Origin: Oikopleura dioica
Lineage: Eukaryota > Animalia > Chordata
Direction of reading: 5' to 3'
DNA length: 64,000 nucleotides
Assembly (NCBI GenBank): GCA_907165135.1
Contig: OU015570.1
Coordinates: 2,811,929-2,875,928, forward strand
Positions 12,684 through 24,187 of the stretch are shown here, one piece after another (the stretch's first letter is position 1; each line of letters starts with the position of its first letter). The translations under genes and the position numbers were made by a program. The notes below the pieces were generated by a model. That model did not search any database, was not told the DNA's origin, and saw only the letters and a program-made list of their open reading frames with translations.

Positions 12684-14170
12684 ATTTAAAATGTAAATTC
12701 TGAAAATCACTATGTCGTTATAACTTCTCTTTTTTCTTTCACTCAATTTCGCAGGGTCCCGCAATTTTTCCACTTTTGAGAGTCGATAGAATTAGACGAA
12801 TAAGGGCTCTATAGAAAGCTTAAATTTGGCCGCTTTTTCAAAAATAAAAATTTTCCATCAGAATTGGGCCCAAATGATGCTATTTCTGATCATTTTTCGC
12901 TTTTTTAAAGTGTCTATCATTTATAATGACTAAATTCTAATAACCAGATAATATATAAAGCAAAAAATATTTCGAAAATAATAAATAATAAGCATATCAT
13001 AAATAGGCAGAATATAAACAAGTAAAAATTTCAAGAAAATTCATTAATAATCTGAGAATCCCATTTTTGAAGATTTCGAAACTTTGCTATTTTCAAAATG
13101 AGCCCTCATCCTTTAAAAACCTTTAAAAAACCGACCAAAAAAAAAGTAGTTCGAAGTCAAAGTTGACGAAATCGGGGGGATTGATTAAAATCCAAAAAAT
13201 GTCCGGAAACTTTGACTCCGGAAATTTCGAGTCGAAACTCGGTAAACGGGACCACCCCCCAAGTAGCTGTTGGCTGAGTGGTGAGCGCAGTCCTTCAAAA
13301 AGGATTGGCGGACGGGCGTGAGCTCGAATCTCAAAAAGAATTTTTCTTTTTCGAGGCCCATCCGCGTTTTCCATGTTGAAGCTAGAAAGCCAAACATGGA
13401 AAAGGGGGTGCGTTCGAGCTGGCTTCGAGCTCGCCGCCTCCTCTTTGCAAAGAGAAGCGCTCACCACTCAGCCAACTCCAGGGCGACGGTGGTTAGCATT
13501 ACCCGATTTATATTCCCGCGACGAGCGCCAGCCAATCAGCGCGCAGCAGGCCTCTTTGGCAAAATTTACTTTGAAGCCCTAAAAAGGGCTGAAGGGGGGA
13601 TTTTTGGGGAAAACAGAGGCCAGGAATGAGTTCCTTGGCATATTTTTGGTGGAATCTCCAAATTTTATTAAAAAATAAATTTTTGGTCCAATCGTGCGGA
13701 ACCCTAGCCTCCCCTTCGGGTCGGCTTTGCCTCCCACCAGACTGAATTCTAGCGACGAGACGGGCCTCCCCTTCGGGTCGGCTAGGCCTCTTTCCTGACT
13801 GAATTCTATCAACGGGACGGGCCTCCCCTTTGGGTCGGCTAAGCCCCTTACCTGACTGAATTATAGTGATGGAGATGGCCTCCCCTTCGGGTCGGCTTGG
13901 CCTTTACCTAACTGAATTCAAGAAAGGGGGCTGTTTCAGGCACTTTGAAGTAAACTCCACTTTAATCTCGTGAATAAACCGATCTTTTGGTCTTCAAGCT
14001 GTAAGTCTTCCACCCGAGGGTTCCTCCAGGTGGTCCTTCGGAATAAAGTGACTTAAAGTGGCCGAACGTGGGAACTTGTGAACATTTAAGGCTCTTTATT
14101 GATCTTTTCTCTATTTTTGTTTTCAAGCAGTCTGGTTGGTCTTAAAGAAAGTAATATGGCAATTACTTTC

Positions 14171-14484
14171 GGTAGACGGCGGGTTCCATTCTTTGTGAAG
14201 AATGATTCTTTTTTCAAAGAATGGTTCTTTTTCGCAAAGAATCATTCTTTTTTAAGAAACCCTGAAAGGACGCATAAAAGACAGTCAAAAGTTCAGAAAC
14301 AAAATCCTGTTTATGCAAATAACTCAGGAGCAAGTGTGCGCTTCGCGCCAGTGATCAGGGAAACTCCAGAGAGTTTGACATCCAAGAATTTTTATATATC
14401 CGAAAAACCTGTTTTTACCTCATTTTCTCTAGAATATTGAGAAAAAGAATGATTCTTTAAAAAGAATGGAACCCGCCGTCACCC
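14171..14484. mobile_element. MULE-like MITE, 314 bp
   Basis: ~24-bp TIR (GGTAGACGGCGGGTTCCATTCTTT) with 2 mismatches; 9-bp TSD ATTACTTTC (14162-14170, 14485-14493); the empty site is visible in the first duplicate at ~9607. Confidence 0.9.
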
Positions 14485-15024
14485 ATTACTTTCTATTCAA
14501 GGCTTCATTTTTCATTTGTATTTAATTTTTAAATATTTGTCTTCCAGCAACCTGTCTTCCAGCAGAAGGGTCCTCCGGGAGGTCCTCCGGCACAAACTGA
14601 CCGAAGTTGGCCTCAAGTGTCCCTAAACTGGCCGAGGAAGGTCCTTTATTCATATATTTTAATCATGAAAAAAAATGGCGAGAAATGGCCAAAAAATGGT
14701 GTGTTTGGACCTTTCTCTAAAGCATAGCTCGAAATTTTCTTCTTATTTATAATCGTTTTTCCCTGATTCTAGTGAAAAAATGTCTGCTCTTTCATCCTGT
14801 CATGCCAGAATTATGAAAAGAGGGTGATCCGACGAAATGCGGAGCCAAAAACTAGAAAATGCACCATTTTCACGATTTTGACCCCCCGAAAATCGTCTCC
14901 CCCAAAATTTTTTTTTCTTTTAAAAGTGGTTTTAAACTAATAAGACACTGTTCTTTCACCTCCACTTATAAAAAACACCCCCGCACTGCTAGAAAAAATG
15001 ACGATTTTTCTTATGCGAAGCCTA

Positions 15025-15750
15025 AATATATGGCAATAGAGGAAGTTTTGATATGCTTGCCAGAGGATTATCGGCCGGGGCTTAAAAATGGATTAGAAAA
15101 ATATTCATGGAGTTTCAGTAGAAACTAGTCTGACTGTGGTTATTCAAATACTTACGTGGCAGATTTGAAATTGGAAGATCCAAATGGCAGGCCGACGTTT
15201 TGTCGACCATATGATATTGAAAATGCCTGACTTATAGTGGTGGAGAGCAAACTGGGGGAAATGGAAGGTACAGGGGTTGTGCCTGAAGGATATTCAGGGC
15301 GGAATGCTCCATCGCTAATTCGTGTACCAAAATTTTTTGGTATTCGAATACCAATTTTTTTCTACCAGACTAAATTTTTTCGTTCAAAAAACTACTAAAC
15401 TACTCCCAAAGGTTCCTACAAGACAGGCGCGGAGCGCATAGGGTCTCTTTAGGTACACCATTTGGACTTTTTGAGGAAATTTGATATTCGAATACCAATT
15501 TTGGTATCGCTAAATGAAAAATAAGTGATCCCAAGATGGCCAATTTTACCAATAAGATAGATTTTGACGCTCATTTCGAGACATACAACGGATTTGGGAA
15601 GGGATTTTTCAGGAGAAACGATATATTTTGGGTCATGGGACATACGCAACGCTTATTACACTTTGAGCTTAAGGGAGTCAGTGAGGGAATACACAATTTA
15701 TATTTTCGGGGCAAAACAATTCGAGTATGCGAAAATGAGGGTCAATACTG
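15025..15750 (+). pseudogene. pol: Decayed Ty3/gypsy reverse transcriptase fragment
   Basis: Translates to LEKYSWSFSRN*SDCG...PTFCRPYDI...EMEGTGVV...NAPSLIRVPK and SWDIRNAYYTLSLRESVREYT...QFEY (RT motifs 1-4), with stops. Confidence 0.7.
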
Positions 15751-16415
15751 AAAACGGCACGAATTCACTGAAAATTGCACGAAAACAGAGACACAGTTTT
15801 TTGCGTATTAATCTCGAGGAATTTTATGAATTAAACGGGGAAATAAACGGATTTAGTTGAAACGATAGTAATTTAACAACTTGATAAGTTCAATTATCAT
15901 GATCTTAAACAAAAAAAAATATAAGAAACTATTTTGAATTGATCGCGAATTCAGGCCGAAAAAGATACATACCTGTGAAGTCAGCGAAAAGAATGATAAA
16001 ATTATAGAGGTACAGTCGTTTTTAAAGTATAGGACACCACCCATCGGTGGCACGGACTTAGACTTGGTCGTACGAACTCGGCGTTGGCCATATCGCCAAC
16101 GCTGGAATAGAGAGAGAGGAGCTGTCAAGGCATGATGGAGTGGTAGCCTTGGTGCTGGGCACGTCACGGCTCACTGAGCATAATTATGTTGACCGCGCGC
16201 TAGAATCCCATATTTCGAAGCGAAAACATTAGGAAAACCACTACAAAAACGTCAAAAAATAGTACAAATTTAATTCGAAATGAAAAGACTCCGCCGACCC
16301 AGCTCCGCGCGCTCGGCTCGCTCTTTTCACTCTCTTTTTCTATGGGTACAATATTTTTCGATTTTCATGAAATTCAAGGGCCAAACTAAGCTTTTCATTC
16401 ATTCTCCCCTCCATA

Positions 16416-17217
16416 CAGTCGTTACGCACAATTCCGGACACTTTTTTTTTCAGCAAAAAGGGCAAAATGTCCGTAATTGTGCGGATTCTAGATGGAAAAA
16501 ATTTTTGTTTTCAAAATGCTTGTTTTTATTCAAAACGTAAAATGTCGAGAAAAAAGCAGAGAAAACGGCCAGGATCTACCCGTGTCGATGTAGAATTCAA
16601 ACAAAGGCAGTTTTACTGTCGATTAATCAAAGCTGGCGCCGGATACAAGGAAGTCAACAAACATTTCGAGAAGAAAGAACATAAAAAGCTGCCTAGAGTA
16701 ACATTCTACGATTGGAGAAATAAAGCAGACGAGATTCTGGCTGCTGGAAAGGTTGCGAACCGTTGCCGACCAGACTACAAGCAGAGTGACATTCGAAAAG
16801 AGTTTGACGATGATCTTCTGGCGATAATTGAATCTTCGACTTCTGAATGTTGACCCTTCTGCGCTTGGAGTTACGAACGTTGCCCTGGGTTTTTTCAAGC
16901 CAGGGACAACTGGGGCATATCAGCCACTCGATCAGGTATTTTTCGCCTGTCTTAAAGTCGGGGGTTTGTCAATACTTCGTTAAAAATTATTAAAAGATAA
17001 ATTAATTTAAAACTATGTAAAAATATATAATTTTGACGATCTCCTAATAAAAGGAAAGTACCGAAAATGGCTGCGGTCTTTCCGACAAGAGCACCAAAAA
17101 ACTTCGCCTGGACTGGAGTTGGGAGTCAAAACTGCAGTCAGGCTCGTCTCCGAAATGTCTCCCAACATTATACGGACATGTTGGCGAAAATCCGGCATTC
17201 CTCGATTATTAGCTCGA
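16416..17217 (+). pseudogene. pogo/Tigger (DDE_1) transposon remnant with internal deletion
   Basis: TA|CAGTCG end; CENP-B-like HTH ORF from ATG 16542 (LPRVTFYDWRNK); DDE_1 C-terminal motif FFKPGTTGAYQPLDQVFFACLK and IIRTCWRKSGI. Confidence 0.75.
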
Positions 17218-17440
17218 AAAAAATTTTGGTACACGAATTAGCGATGGAGCATTCCGCCCTGAATATCCTTCAGGCACAACCCCTGTACCTTCCATTTCCC
17301 CCAGTTTGCTCTCCACCACTATAAGTCGGGCATTTTCAATATCATATGGTCGACAAAACGTCGGCCTGCCATTTGGATCTTCCAATTTCAAATCTGCCAC
17401 GTAAGTATTTGAATAACCACAGTCAGACTAGTTTCTACTG
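17218..17440 (-). repeat. 223-bp inverted copy of 15116-15338 (gypsy RT fragment)
   Basis: Near-perfect reverse complement; one difference is a TGA/CGA codon. Confidence 0.9.
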
Positions 17441-17584
17441 TTTGTATTTAAAAATTTTCATATGTTGTAGCTACGCTGAGTTGCGGCAGAAACCTTCATG
17501 CTCGATTTCACTTTGAGACTCAACTTATTGGAAAGCGATTTCGTTTTGTTTATTTCAGTAAAGCTATCGGATAAAAACAATTTA

Positions 17585-18267
17585 GGGATCCCCCCCCCCG
17601 ATTTCGCCAACTTTGACCTCTATCTACTTTTTTTGAGCTTACGTAGGAAGCTGGTTTTGGGCGCATTCGAAAGTCCGCTTCTAAATGAGCAAATTCTGGT
17701 AGAATCAGCTTGCCAGCATAACATTCGCTTATGCATTACAGGCCGTCAAAGTGATTAACATTTTGAAAATGGCCATTTTAGGTCATTTTCAAATCGTATC
17801 TACTTTTTTTTGGGCTTTTGGATTCAAAATTTTTTTGGTTCATCTAAAAGTATAGACGCTAATCTTTTTTTTTTTTGGTAGAATCAGCATGATCGGATAA
17901 GTGAATTAAAAAATTCTAGTTGTAAAACTTTTTGAACCCATTTTTGGCGTTTTTTTGGTGTTTACATGCTCTCTAGCGTCAAAAATTGGCGGAAAATTCT
18001 AGTGCGGTAATTATATTCGTAATCTTCACATTCATAGCTTACGAAAGAGCCCTTGTTTGTGCTATTTTGATGACAATGAAAAATCGAAAAAAATTGCAAT
18101 TTTCACAATAAACATGCATTTTCCCGAACTTTGGGAGCCAAAATTTCTGGGATGCATTTATGTAAAGGGGTTCTATCATATATCAAAATGATCCTCAAAA
18201 CACGAGGAATGTAATCATAGGCGATAATGACCGGTGCCAAAGTTTTGAAAAATCGGGGGGTGATCCC
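17585..18267. mobile_element. Non-autonomous TIR element with GG termini and TTAA target (Kolobok-like)
   Basis: TIR GGGATCCCCCCCCCCGATTT / AAAATCGGGGGGTGATCCC; right flank TTAA, left flank TTTA. The superfamily call rests only on termini and target. Confidence 0.6.
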
Positions 18268-19199
18268 TTAACCAATTGCCGAGCATTCTGCTAGATTGGC
18301 TTGCCGCTCGCGTAGCATCCGGAATGCTACGACTTTGAGCGCTATTTTCTTCCACTTCTACTTATTTTCTACGAATATTTTTTTCTTGAGGTTATTTATC
18401 GAAGCCTCATCTAAAAGATTCATATTATTTCAGATAATTAAGCTAAAGCTAGAAAGCCGAAAATAGGGAAAGAAAAAGGGTTTCTTCAGCGGCGCCATTG
18501 TTCAAATCTAGAGAAAAAGACAATGGCGCGCCGCAGAACAATAGAAAAGAAGCGCCGCGAGGGCTGACTTCATTATTTCTTTTCTATTTTCTAGCGACAA
18601 ATAAATATTGTTTTAAAATTTGAAAGAAGCGAACGTATTAAAAAAAGGCTGAAATTTGCAGAAATCAAAAAATTTTTTGGAATCGGCATGTATAGGTTAG
18701 ACTATTCTGCAAGGAAATAACACAACGCAACTTCAGGCAACTCTAGAGTTGAATGAAGGTTAAAAAGGGTAAAAGTTAGTTTTGGTTTATTGTCCACAAA
18801 AGTATCTCTGAGTGGTTAAGAATGGGAGTGTAAGAGGGTTTATATAGGCTTTACTTTAGCTTCGTATTCAGCTGGAACAGGTGATGGTCAGTAAGAACAG
18901 CTCGGATCGAAAAGAAGAGGTTCACAACGAGTTGTAGCAGTTCACAACGAGTTGTAGTGATTGAAGTTCAGAAGGCGTAGTTCAGATTCAGGAAAGACAG
19001 TTGAAAATGAACTACCTCATCTCGCGGCGCCGAAGGCCATTTCAAAAAATGTAGGCGGCGCCCAAGAGCAGTGGTGAGGCGAGCGGGCGTCAGACGCGCA
19101 ATTGCCTTTGGCGGAATTATGTGTTCTTTTTATGAAACGAGCAGAATAGTAAGACCTATAAATTCCTCCCTCTTTATTTTTCAGACTAAAATCCATATT

Positions 19200-20327
19200 T
19201 TAGTCTGAGTCGGATGATGTGTATCCAGGCCATGATTCTGGCGAGCTTTCAGAGTAATTATTCCACAGATTTCCATTGATCAGTTGATCAGCATCATTCA
19301 TTATTTGGCTTGGAGACGAGTTGAAGGTTGACTGTGATGTGGCGTTTTCATTTGATTTGTCAGCGGAGCGGTCATTTGACATCTCAACGTAGGGTTTGAG
19401 CCAATCAAGGCAGCTTGCAGATACATTTCGAAGAATGTCATCCATAGTTGATCCAGTGTCATTCGAAGCAGTTGGAATTTGGTTATCAAGTGGTGGGGGA
19501 TGAAACATATCCTCAAAAGTTTGTCCAGTGACATCATCGGTAACTTTCGGAAGATCTGTTTGCTGTTCATCATCACTGATTGGGACTAACTCATAATTCA
19601 CAGACGTCTCAGGATTTTGTTCATTATTGTTTGTAGGATGGAAACGAGTTGTTTGCTCATTGTTTGTTCCAGGCGGCAGGTTACAAGGTATTTGAGCATT
19701 AATTCCAAGCTCTCTCAGATAATCAGCGTTTAGTCTCTTTGCTTTATTTGCGATAAGTTGTAATTCGGGAATCGTGATATCTCGGAATTTCTTCCAAAGG
19801 TTTCTGCATCTGTTGAACTTATCGAAAGAAGTCAAGATATGATTGTCATCATAAGTTTCTTGACTTAAATGTCTGTAGAGGAGACTTTTTCCGGTAAATT
19901 CCAAAAGAGAACAGATGTTCACCTCTTGTGTTGGGGTTGTTAAGGTCATCACTGGAATTGGTAGTGATGTTGACCAGTTTGAGGAAGAAAACAAAAGGTT
20001 TTCGCAGTCGGAAAGATACTGGCGAATTAAAATGGTTTTTTGGTCCTCTGGTATTCTACACAGACTAACAGTATGTCCGAGTGAATATGTTAAGCAAAAT
20101 TGCAGGAAGCGCTTCTTAGAGTCGTATGGTTGCATCCAGACAAAGATTTGGTTCAGGGTAGTGTTCGACATCTCTTTTGCGCTTGTGTCTCTCGTCGACA
20201 CGCGATTTGAATGAAATGAAGTGAAAATCTTGGCAACCAAAATCTCAAATTTTGGCCAAAATTTTCGTAAAAAAAGGGATAGATAAGTGCTGTATAAATA
20301 TTGGAGCGGCACTTTCATGGGTATCAC
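19200..20327 (-). CDS. Unknown accessory ORF3 of element 3 (375 aa; ~323 aa from MSNTT)
   Basis: Intact ORF between integrase and PPT on the element strand; globular-looking N half, S/T/N/D-rich low-complexity C half; no signal peptide or TM helix. Confidence 0.7.
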   Translation of the reverse strand: MIPMKVPLQYLYSTYLSLFLRKFWPKFEILVAKIFTSFHSNRVSTRDTSAKEMSNTTLNQIFVWMQPYDSKKRFLQFCLTYSLGHTVSLCRIPEDQKTILIRQYLSDCENLLFSSSNWSTSLPIPVMTLTTPTQEVNICSLLEFTGKSLLYRHLSQETYDDNHILTSFDKFNRCRNLWKKFRDITIPELQLIANKAKRLNADYLRELGINAQIPCNLPPGTNNEQTTRFHPTNNNEQNPETSVNYELVPISDDEQQTDLPKVTDDVTGQTFEDMFHPPPLDNQIPTASNDTGSTMDDILRNVSASCLDWLKPYVEMSNDRSADKSNENATSQSTFNSSPSQIMNDADQLINGNLWNNYSESSPESWPGYTSSDSD

Positions 20328-20762
20328 TGCGTAGCTCTTGTATCATTTGTCATCTCGGTATGACATTGATTGTTCATCTTAGCACATGAACGTCACAGGT
20401 AACAATCATTCTTCTATCGTCGAAGATTTCTGTAAACAAGAACGGTTGCATCTTGTCGTCTTCATATTTCTACATTTTCGAATGTTGGAGAGGCATCAGT
20501 CTGAGTTGCGCGCGGTAGACTTTCAGCGTCACAAAAATCAAAAATGCGTGAGGAATATGGCCACCTAACTATTAGCAGGGAATGGAAGCTACTTTTTGGT
20601 TACGAGGCGAGGTTTGATTCGTAAGGAGGTCCCTTCTCCATGAGCGGTCGCCAAGCTGCTCTTTAGTCGGATATCCAAGTGGACTTTGTTTACAGCCATA
20701 TTGTTCCACAAATATGGATTGGCACACGGGGCTTGTGAGGGCCTTCCCTCCCCCTTCACATT

Positions 20763-23700
20763 TTATTGGTGTCTTGGCCGCAATCTATTTGCCCAAGTAT
20801 TAATGTGAGGTTCTCCAGGGCAAACTTCTTTAAGTTCTTTCATGTCATGAACTTCTTCAGCATCAAGTTTAGCAACGGTATCAGGATCTGGAGAAACTGG
20901 TGGAACGGTAACAGGAAGTTCCTCAGGGTCATTTTTGAACTTCAATGGTCGGATCAAGTTGATATGTCGACGGTACTCCCTTCGAGTTTCGACATCTTTC
21001 ACAATGTAAGAGTCCTTGCTGATTCGTTTGATAACAGTGAATGGGCCGAACCAGACTCTATTTAGCTTTCTAAAAGCTGGTTTCCAGATGAGACATTTGG
21101 ATCCAATCTCAAGGGTAGGAGCATTATTCTTGTCTCGTGCAAGCAGTTTCCGGTATCGAGAAACTTGATGAGCAAGAATTGACGGGTGCAATTTGTCAAA
21201 GTACTTGTTGAGTCCAGTCAACCACTTATCCTTTGATGCGCCGTCAACAGGGTTTGTTTGGAAAGGGACGTGGAATTGTCGTCCATAGTAGCACTCATTA
21301 GCACTTCTGCCATCTAGCGTCGATTTCGGTAGATTGTTGATATAATATCTAACCATTGGCCAGGCAGTTGACCAGTTACGGTGATCTGCATTTAGCAGCT
21401 TAAGTTTTGTATTGACCTCGCGATGAAGTCTTTCTAGGGCACCATTGCTTTGACTTCGGTAAGCAGTCGTTCGCGAGTGTCGGATCTCAAATTTGCGAAA
21501 TACTTCAGCAACAAGCGGGCCAAATTCAGATCCGTTATCTGAGAAGGAGTCGTTGTTGATTCCATGCCGAAGGATCAAAGTAAGAATGTTTTTCGCAACA
21601 ATAGGATCGCTTTTTGTTCCAAGAGGCTCTCCATCAATATAGCCAGTCAATGAGTCGGAACAAGTTAGGAGGTATCGTTTTCCTTGGTTGTCCTTTTGAC
21701 CAAAATCCATCAGATCAAAGAAGGTTTTCGTAAATGGTATTGACTCAAAATACCGATTTTGGATCATTGAAGGACGTAGTTTGCTCAAAGGCTTCGTGTT
21801 GATACAAGTGGCACATGATGTTGTTATCTCACGGGTTTTGTTTGCACGTCGTGGATGAAAAACCGTTTTAACATCATGTTTAATTGTTTGCTACCAGCAT
21901 GGCACGTGTAGCAATGAAGAAAGGAAATGAATTCATTGCTTAGATCTTCAGGAAGGACAAGTCGATTATCTTTGTAAAGTAACCCGTCCTTTGTTTGAAA
22001 GGGTGATTTTGGATTGCGTCCACATTTTTCAATAAGGTTTCTTGACTTCACACAATTCCTTTGAAGTTCGGATAACTCTTTCGCGGTAAAGTTTTGTTCA
22101 CCAAATGAGAAGACGCTCTCTTTGCTAGCTGTCATTCTTGTGTGGAAGGCGAACACAGTCTCGGGAATATCCTCAAATTTCATTGAGTCACTCTCAAGGT
22201 CATCGCTTGATGAAGCCTCTAGACGTGAGAGATAATCAGCAGTACACATGATCGGGCTTGTGCCAGGCTCGTGAAGGATCGTGAAATTAAATTTAAGCAA
22301 GTAGTTGTGGATGTTTGTTAATTTGATATCGTTGTTTTTGTAGTCTCGCTGCTCTTTAAACAAATAACATAGTGATTTATGGTCCACAACGCAGGTGAAA
22401 TGTGTATTAAGGAGGAAATACTCGAAATGGGAAATGCTGAATGCCAGTGCAAATAACTCTTTGATCCTCATAGATCGTTTCAAGTCAGGTTCTTTGAGAG
22501 CTTTCGAGAAGTAGCCCAAAATGTTGAGATTTTCACCAATTCTTTGATAGAGGATTCCGCCAACTTTCTTTCCACTACTGTCGGTGACCAAAATCAAGGG
22601 TTTTCCAAGTTGAAAGTGGGACAGTGATGGCTTCATCAACAATTCATTCTTTATTGTTTGGAAAGCGTGCTCATGTTTGTCAGCCCATTGAAATTCAACA
22701 TTCTTTGATGTGAGATCGTAAAGAGGTTGCAAAATGGCACTTCCGTCTCTTATGAACTTGATGTTGTAATTGAATACTCCCAAGAGGCGTTTTACTTCGC
22801 TCTTTGACTTTGGAGCTTTTAAGTTCTTGATGGTCTCGAGATGTTTGTCAGTTGGTCGAACACCGTCTTTGCTTATTGAGTAGCCAAGAAAGTCGGCCTC
22901 AGTTCGGCATAGAAAACATTTCTTTGGTGAGAGGAGCAGGCCATTATTAACGCAGGTCTTGAAGATGAATTCCAGTGTTTCAAGGTGTTTCTCAAAGGAA
23001 TTGTCAATGCAGATTATATCATCCAAGTATAAAAGAATGCTTGGGTGGTCTAGTAATTTCTGCATGATTCTTGAGAAGGCACTCGGAGCTGTTGATACAC
23101 CATAAAGCATACGTTGGGCGGCATAATGTTTGTTGTTGAAGGAGAAAGCGAGCTTGTGGGAATCTTCAGCGGCAGTTTGTATTTGCCAATACCCTCGGTG
23201 GCAATCAATTTGACTGATGAAGCATGAGTTCCCATTTGAAAGACGAGTTCCGATATCTGTCAATACCACAGACAAGTGAGGCAGCGGGAACCGATCTTGT
23301 TGAATGAGTTTGTTTAAGGATCTTGCATCAAGAGAAATCCTTATAGAGCCATCGTGTTTCTTCAGAATAATCAGCGGTATATTGAAACCAGACGATGTCT
23401 CTCTGATGATGTCCAGACTTTTCCATCGCTCAATCTCTTTGCTAACCTGATCTCTCATGTGAATCGGTATTGGGCGAGGAGGTTGGTGTGTTGTCTGAGA
23501 TTCATCAAGCATAGGTAGGGTGAACCGGAAATAATGAAGTTTTCCAAGGTCATCTTCACCCATTGAGAAGGCAAGTTTATATTTGCCAACGAGATCAATC
23601 AGTTTTCCTTCTTGCTCCGAAGTCGTGTCGCCGAATGAGCCAATTTCCGGTTTGAAATTCATTATTTCAGCCTTTTGACTTCGTAATCTTTGGAATGATT

Positions 23701-24151
23701 CTAGGGATTCCCTTTCAGTTTTAGAATCTTTGATCTCGACAATTGCATTGACATTGCAATATTTTGAGTTCTCATCGGGTCTTATTGTCCGGACTTGTTT
23801 GTTTTTCCAAACAATAAATTTCTTATCAGGAAAAGCAACATCTTTGAGGAGGTCGCAGCCAATAAGGACAGGAACACAAAGTGAGTCGACAACAAGTGGG
23901 TTTATGATCAGGGAGAGTTTTCCGTCGCCGATTGTTTGGACTGTCATTTTGATTGGTTCGGCGAGTGTTGACGGTCGGATAAATTGGTTATTTGCACAAA
24001 TAATTTCCACTTTTGATGGTTTGGTGTTGTAGACGAACGGAAGACTTGAATTGATACAGGTCTTTGAAGCACCGGTGTCAAGGAGCGCGACGTAGTTGTA
24101 GCCATTGACATTGACGTTGATAAATTTCAGGTTTGAGGGAGCGTAGAACAT
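20763..24151 (-). CDS. pol: Pol (protease-RT-RNase H-integrase) with one frameshift near 21830
   Basis: LLDTGAS; IDCHRGYWQ; YLDD; VTDSS; H-H-C-C finger split by the frameshift (LHCYTCH...SCATC); FSDNGSEF, ALERLHRE, GPF. Confidence 0.93.
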
Positions 24152-24187
24152 ATTCGGAATGGCAAGAACAGTTTCGGAATTTCTTAG

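Larger units (their letters stand above)
9697..14575 (+). repeat. Tandem duplication of 5161-9696 (hAT lacking its left TIR, plus right flank)
   Basis: Near-identical sequence (few SNPs, homopolymer length differences). Second right TIR at 13687-13706; an extra MITE is present only in this copy. Confidence 0.93.

Noticed and set aside
4417-13930. 57-bp repeat arrays as CRISPR
   Set aside because: Units are contiguous and degenerate with no unique spacers, there are no cas genes, and the context is eukaryotic.
15116-17440. A single pogo element bounded by 223-bp TIRs
   Set aside because: The arms encode gypsy RT, lack TA TSDs and do not match the pogo left end at 16416.
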